A stretch of DNA of 64,000 bases from an uncultured virus (IMG/VR IMGVR_UViG_3300025407_001324). Taxonomy: Duplodnaviria; Heunggongvirae; Uroviricota; Caudoviricetes. The notes beneath the pieces are model-generated. The model was not told where the DNA came from, made no database searches, and was given only the letters and a program-made list of their open reading frames with translations. Shown piece by piece: positions 59,277 through 64,000 of this stretch. Both the position numbers and the translations under genes were made by a program. Positions within the stretch are counted from its first letter, which is position 1; the number at the start of each line of letters is the position of its first letter. The stretch lies in the IMG/VR virus record IMGVR_UViG_3300025407_001324; one strand, written 5' to 3'.

Positions 59277-59894
59277 TTAGGAAGTAGCTGAAGAAGAACT
59301 AATGTTTCTACCAATACTAGTACCAACACCACCGCCAACAACTTGAATAGCGTTGTCGTAACGGATGCTCAGAGTGATAGTAACTGGATCATTGGAACCA
59401 TAATCAACATCGTTGTAATTAACATTAGTTAAGAAACAACCATATAATTGCCACTCTTCAAGTACAACTGGTTCGTACTGTCCATTACCGCCATCTAATA
59501 TATCTAATGTAGTAATAAACTTATAGTCACCGCCTGCGCTAGCACTGGCCTGCTCCATAAAATCGAATTGCTTCTGCAATTGCTCGCCGATTAATGTAGT
59601 AACACTGCCTACCGCATCATCTCTGAGTGTAACTTGGCAAGGATCCCAAGTTGGACGTCCAGCAAGATAAATTCTGCTGTTGTAAACAGGAACTTCAACA
59701 GGATCAAATGTTAAATTTGGTCTTGCAAATGTTACAATTTGTTTAGTCAACTCTGTTGTAGGATTGCTTACACCAAAATTATCAAATGTCGCTCTAAAGC
59801 GAAACTTGAGTTTAGGCATCAACATACCTTGTGTTGTGCTACTTTGTCCAGGACCTAATGGTACTGTAAATTTAGTTAATGATGAAACTGCCAT
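59277..59894 (-). CDS. Tail tube protein (gp19-like)
   Basis: PKLKFRFR, YLAGR..W, WQLYGCF, I.YDNA; follows the sheath gene. Confidence 0.85.
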   Translation of the reverse strand: MAVSSLTKFTVPLGPGQSSTTQGMLMPKLKFRFRATFDNFGVSNPTTELTKQIVTFARPNLTFDPVEVPVYNSRIYLAGRPTWDPCQVTLRDDAVGSVTTLIGEQLQKQFDFMEQASASAGGDYKFITTLDILDGGNGQYEPVVLEEWQLYGCFLTNVNYNDVDYGSNDPVTITLSIRYDNAIQVVGGGVGTSIGRNISSSSATS

Positions 59895-59895
59895 C

Positions 59896-62800
59896 TTATG
59901 CCCCTTTTCCTGCTATTTCTGCGGCCGCTAGTCCCGATGTAATAGCTCCTGAAGCCATCAATCTAATCGGTATGTAGATAAACTCAACTGCTTTAGTTGG
60001 TTCAATCGCTACATCAATCCATAGTTCATTTCTGTCAACACGGTCTGGAGTATTGTTTGTACTATCACATACAACCAAATAATCAGTGATACCGCGCTTG
60101 CTAATCAAATCGTTTAGCATAGAACTTACAACTGCTTTAACGCCACTGCGTGTAATACTGTCGTTTGGTTCAAACAAGTATGGACGAGTAATAATTGATA
60201 ACTGTCTTCTTAGATAGTTAACAAGTCTTGCTACATTAATACGATCCAATGCACTTGGAGTTGGGCTTAATGTTTTCTGTCCGTATACCAATAAACCAGT
60301 TCCTGGTAAGTTAGTGTATGGATTAATTGAGTTAGTATACATAACATCTCTTAATCCTTGAGTAATACCCACTGGATAATATGCGCCTGAATCAGCGTCA
60401 ACATATCCAATGCTACTTGCATTATCAATTAAACCTCTACGAGATCCAGCTGGTGCAAACCATTGATAACTCATATTATCACTTAAACTAATAACTCTTA
60501 ATGCCACGTGACTTGGAGGTACAACAATTGCATTACCGCTTAAATCATTTGTTTGTGCAGATGGATAATAAATTCCAACATATGGGTTAGTAATTGTTAA
60601 GCCATCCTCGCCTGTAGTAGGTGCATTATTTGAATTTTGCGCCCAGGCTTGAATTGCAGTACCAGTAGCAGGCAAACGCATTGGTGTATCGCCTACGATA
60701 AAGGCTGTGTCTCCACGGTCATCGTTGAGTGTAACCATATTAGGAATTAACTCAGGATATCCTGGGCAAGCAATTAAGTTAAATGCGTGTTGTTCTTCAC
60801 GCAATACTGTGCTACTGTCGATTGCTGATTTCAATGCAGCAACAACAACACCACGTTGTGCTTTACGGCCAAAGTTTGGTGAATTTCCTGCATCATATCC
60901 GCTAACGCTTACCCACGCATTTTTCTGTGCAGGTAATGATTGGTCAGGGAATGAAGTACCATTGAAATAGTTAAATCTAAATTGTTTTACATTGTATCCA
61001 CTGGCTCGTGTGTTAAACAACAACATACCGCGTGGGTGAATGGTAGGATCAGGTGCATCCAAATCTAAATAATTGCTTAGTGCTAACGAAGCAACACTAG
61101 GCATTGCATCAGTTGAAGGATCTGTTGTGCCATTTACTGACCAACGAGCATCTGCAAATATGATACCATTTTGACTTGTTTCATCTGTAAGATCAATCTT
61201 AACCCATTGGTTAGCTGCATTGACACTTTGCCATCTGTATATACTTGGATAGTTTTCCAAGTCGCTTGTGTCTAACCACAAATCGCCGTATACCAATGAA
61301 TTACCGTTGTCTTGTGCAGTAGGAGCACTTGAGCTAACAATAGGACCGTTAACATTGGTTTGTTGTAAATTATAGCCTCTGATATCAGCGGCCAAAGTTC
61401 TATAACCTTTCCAATTGGTTCCATCATTAATCATGATATCTACGTGTGCAGGACTATCATAATACCAGTATGTACCATCTGCTGGATCAATATAAGGTTG
61501 TGTGCTGCTTGGGATATATGCCAATGGAACCCAATTACTAATAATTGAATTACCACTGCCGGACGGATCCACTGTAATATTATTATGTGTGCCAGCAGTT
61601 AATCCAACTCCGCCTAATACATTGTAGCCATCATTTTCATATATGATTATGTCGCCACCTGTAGCATGAACCAATGTCATTGCTCCAGAAGTTGCTAGTT
61701 TTGCACTAACATTAGGAATTCCTGCAGCACTAACTGCGCTAATAAATCCAAATGCGCTTGGCTGAGATACTGTTACAGTATATGTAGTAGTGGATGGAGA
61801 ATTAACAGTAGGTCTAACGGTTATGTTAAACTGTCCGTTGTTGTATGTAGGAGTTGTTGTAGTTCCTGTTCCAATTGTTGGACCACTTGCATTACGAACC
61901 CAGAAATAAACGCTAGGTGTAATATTGTCTTGTTTTACATTGTACTGTGCAAAAATAGAATTTTGCGTAATGTTCAAACCACCTGCAGTAGGATCCAACG
62001 AGAATGTAGCAGTAAGTACATCTGGATATTCGGTTACTTTTTGTGTTTCCCAAGCTACATTAGTAGCATTGTATTTGTTAACAACTGGTGATAAACCTCC
62101 GCCTAATGTAGTGGTTTTTTGCCAAACACTACCAGTTGGGGGACTTTCTCCGCCGCCCACTGGACCTTGCCACTGTGGAATATTGTAGTACGGTGCTATT
62201 TGAACTTGGGGAACAGTAAAAGTACCTGAGTGGAGTCCTAATGCTTGCATTACATTAGTATCTCCTGTAATTGTTATTTGTTGTCCGCTGCTTAAAGCAG
62301 AGCCAGTTAGAATCAGCTGATTAACACTATTGGTAGTAGCAACAACATTATTACTATCTGGACCAGCACCGTTGATTGTTGCAATAATACTGGCTAAATT
62401 TTCACCAGAAGTAAATGTAATGTTTGTACCGTTAACATCTATTGTTCCGCCGCCGCTAGGAATGACAGGATTCAATACCGAACCTGTTATTGTAGGAATA
62501 TCGTATTGCCATTGTGTTGACCCAACTATATTCCAAGTATTGCTCAATCCTTTATAGTAAAGAACATTATTACTTTGATAAGCATTGACAGCATAACTAC
62601 CAATTCCACCAAGTGTTACATTAGGTGTTGTATTACTTACTAGTAATGAAGGATTGGTGATTACAATCGGAGATTGTTCAGTGAATGACTGAGTAAATGC
62701 GTCCCACTGATAAATTCCCCAATTGGTAGTAGATGTATCTAACCAGTAAGTACCAGTTGCTGGATTATCTACAGGACGAATAGTCGTACCTGTTAATCCG

Positions 62801-63153
62801 CCTAAGTCTACATTAGCACGTTGTACATATACTGTATTCGATACTCCCAACAAACTATATGCAGCCATCAAGCCGTATTCATTTTGCTCGTCAGCATTAA
62901 TAGCAGCACCACTATTAGTAGTTGCAAAGAATGGGTTACCAAATGTGGTAACTAAATCTCTTTGACTAGTAATGGTATATACTTTGTCTGCATTCTGACT
63001 TAGTGTCCCGGCCGCAATTGAAGTGCCGCCTGGAGCTGTTTTGTTTTGTGCAGTTGCCAATAAAATATAAGCAACAGTCCCTAAACTATTAGGACTGTAA
63101 TTGCTTTCATCTGTTACTGTAACTGATACGCCTGGACTTACTAGCGTTGCCAT
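59896..63153 (-). CDS. Tail sheath protein (gp18-like)
   Basis: LVSPGVSV, WFAPAG.RRG, GQKT, DRINVARL, FEPND, EFIYIP. Confidence 0.95.
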   Translation of the reverse strand: MATLVSPGVSVTVTDESNYSPNSLGTVAYILLATAQNKTAPGGTSIAAGTLSQNADKVYTITSQRDLVTTFGNPFFATTNSGAAINADEQNEYGLMAAYSLLGVSNTVYVQRANVDLGGLTGTTIRPVDNPATGTYWLDTSTTNWGIYQWDAFTQSFTEQSPIVITNPSLLVSNTTPNVTLGGIGSYAVNAYQSNNVLYYKGLSNTWNIVGSTQWQYDIPTITGSVLNPVIPSGGGTIDVNGTNITFTSGENLASIIATINGAGPDSNNVVATTNSVNQLILTGSALSSGQQITITGDTNVMQALGLHSGTFTVPQVQIAPYYNIPQWQGPVGGGESPPTGSVWQKTTTLGGGLSPVVNKYNATNVAWETQKVTEYPDVLTATFSLDPTAGGLNITQNSIFAQYNVKQDNITPSVYFWVRNASGPTIGTGTTTTPTYNNGQFNITVRPTVNSPSTTTYTVTVSQPSAFGFISAVSAAGIPNVSAKLATSGAMTLVHATGGDIIIYENDGYNVLGGVGLTAGTHNNITVDPSGSGNSIISNWVPLAYIPSSTQPYIDPADGTYWYYDSPAHVDIMINDGTNWKGYRTLAADIRGYNLQQTNVNGPIVSSSAPTAQDNGNSLVYGDLWLDTSDLENYPSIYRWQSVNAANQWVKIDLTDETSQNGIIFADARWSVNGTTDPSTDAMPSVASLALSNYLDLDAPDPTIHPRGMLLFNTRASGYNVKQFRFNYFNGTSFPDQSLPAQKNAWVSVSGYDAGNSPNFGRKAQRGVVVAALKSAIDSSTVLREEQHAFNLIACPGYPELIPNMVTLNDDRGDTAFIVGDTPMRLPATGTAIQAWAQNSNNAPTTGEDGLTITNPYVGIYYPSAQTNDLSGNAIVVPPSHVALRVISLSDNMSYQWFAPAGSRRGLIDNASSIGYVDADSGAYYPVGITQGLRDVMYTNSINPYTNLPGTGLLVYGQKTLSPTPSALDRINVARLVNYLRRQLSIITRPYLFEPNDSITRSGVKAVVSSMLNDLISKRGITDYLVVCDSTNNTPDRVDRNELWIDVAIEPTKAVEFIYIPIRLMASGAITSGLAAAEIAGKGA

Positions 63154-63278
63154 AGTGTTTTTCCTTTAACGTGTAAAAATAAGAAATTAACCTTAAATTC
63201 TTTATAAAGATATTTATCGTATTTGGAGAAATAACTGTGGCTTAGGTGCCTTTGCCAAAGGTTTGATTAAATATTAGT

Positions 63279-63629
63279 ATGATTAGACCCGTTTGTCAGA
63301 GTTGTAAACAAAATCCGTCGGCCGTTAACTACGTTAAAGACGGTAAACACCACTATCGAAGACTATGTAGCAGTTGTAGTCGAAAAGGCAACAAATTAAA
63401 GCCTATACCCCCCGCGTGGTTTAAGGCTGGGTACAGGAAACGCACAGTTTGCGATCATTGCGGTTGGAAGGCCAAATATCCTGACAAACAAATGACAGTA
63501 TTCCATGTAGACGGCAACTTACGCAACAATAGCCAATTTAACTTAAAAAGTATTTGCTTGAATTGCAGAGTAGAAATCGGCCTTAGTAAGCTACCTTGGC
63601 AAGAAGCTGAAGTTAAACCAGATTTTTAA
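63279..63629 (+). CDS. Zn-ribbon HNH-like protein
   Basis: CxxC pairs, FHVDGNLRNN...NLKSICLNC. Confidence 0.75.
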   Translation: MIRPVCQSCKQNPSAVNYVKDGKHHYRRLCSSCSRKGNKLKPIPPAWFKAGYRKRTVCDHCGWKAKYPDKQMTVFHVDGNLRNNSQFNLKSICLNCRVEIGLSKLPWQEAEVKPDF

Positions 63630-64000
63630 GTTGCGAGTATAAGTCGTCTATAGTGCCGTTATTGTCTACGACAACATCAAAATCAGTACCAGCCCATGAT
63701 GTTTCACTAGCGTGTATATTATTTGCTTTGAGCCATTCAGCAGCTTTGGTATCTCCTTTGTTTGCTTTTGATGCAATATCGTACCAATGGGGAATTATAC
63801 CGCGTTGTATCCACACAATTCTACCACCTTGTGCTCTTATGGCAGCTATTTCGTTAGGAAATCTACAGTCAGTGATAACTGTGCTGTCGTTGGTATTTCT
63901 AAGTTTGTTTTCTAAGCTGGCAATCCACATATCATCGTGGAATCCTTGTCTGCAGACTTCTGTGCCCCAATATTGTAGTATCCAACGGGGAGTAAGATGT
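63613..64000 (-). CDS. dNMP kinase (gp1-like), 5' part outside the window
   Basis: TPRWILQYWGTE...DCRFPNE...HASE...NNGTIDDL. Confidence 0.85.
   Translation of the reverse strand, partial: HLTPRWILQYWGTEVCRQGFHDDMWIASLENKLRNTNDSTVITDCRFPNEIAAIRAQGGRIVWIQRGIIPHWYDIASKANKGDTKAAEWLKANNIHASETSWAGTDFDVVVDNNGTIDDLYSQLKNLV

Noticed and set aside
1..64000. Stop-codon reassignment as in some large phages
   Set aside because: Conserved genes are intact in code 11, all three stops are used and no CTA, TTA or TCA suppressor anticodon was found.

Overview
A 64-kb segment of a large T4-like (myovirus-type) dsDNA phage genome, almost all on the minus strand. A betaproteobacterial host is weakly suggested by DUF3579- and DUF3563-like genes. 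Modules: collagen/IPT tail-fibre genes (1-14 kb); replication genes including a miniature DnaE core, a gp62-like protein and UvsW (14-21 kb); a nucleotide-sugar/glycosylation cluster with NadE (22-35 kb); an array of 25 tRNA genes plus a tRNA-like RNA, an HNH gene, ppiC and rpoZ (35.4-40.9 kb); a methyltransferase/nuclease-like pair; UvsY/UvsX/gp32; and terminase, head completion, tail tube and sheath genes. The most striking unannotated element lies at the head of the tRNA array. A perfect sigma70 promoter precedes a leaderless 47-codon ORF that encodes all 20 amino acids with 33 different codons. Its last codons form one arm of a 14-bp antiterminator that competes with an intrinsic terminator. 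This is a candidate 'pan-tRNA-sensing' ribosome-mediated attenuator. The array also holds a group I intron in tRNA-Leu(UAA), a Ser-body tRNA with a Leu anticodon, an HNH-associated chimeric tRNA and several structured RNAs. All calls were made by eye; no searches were run.
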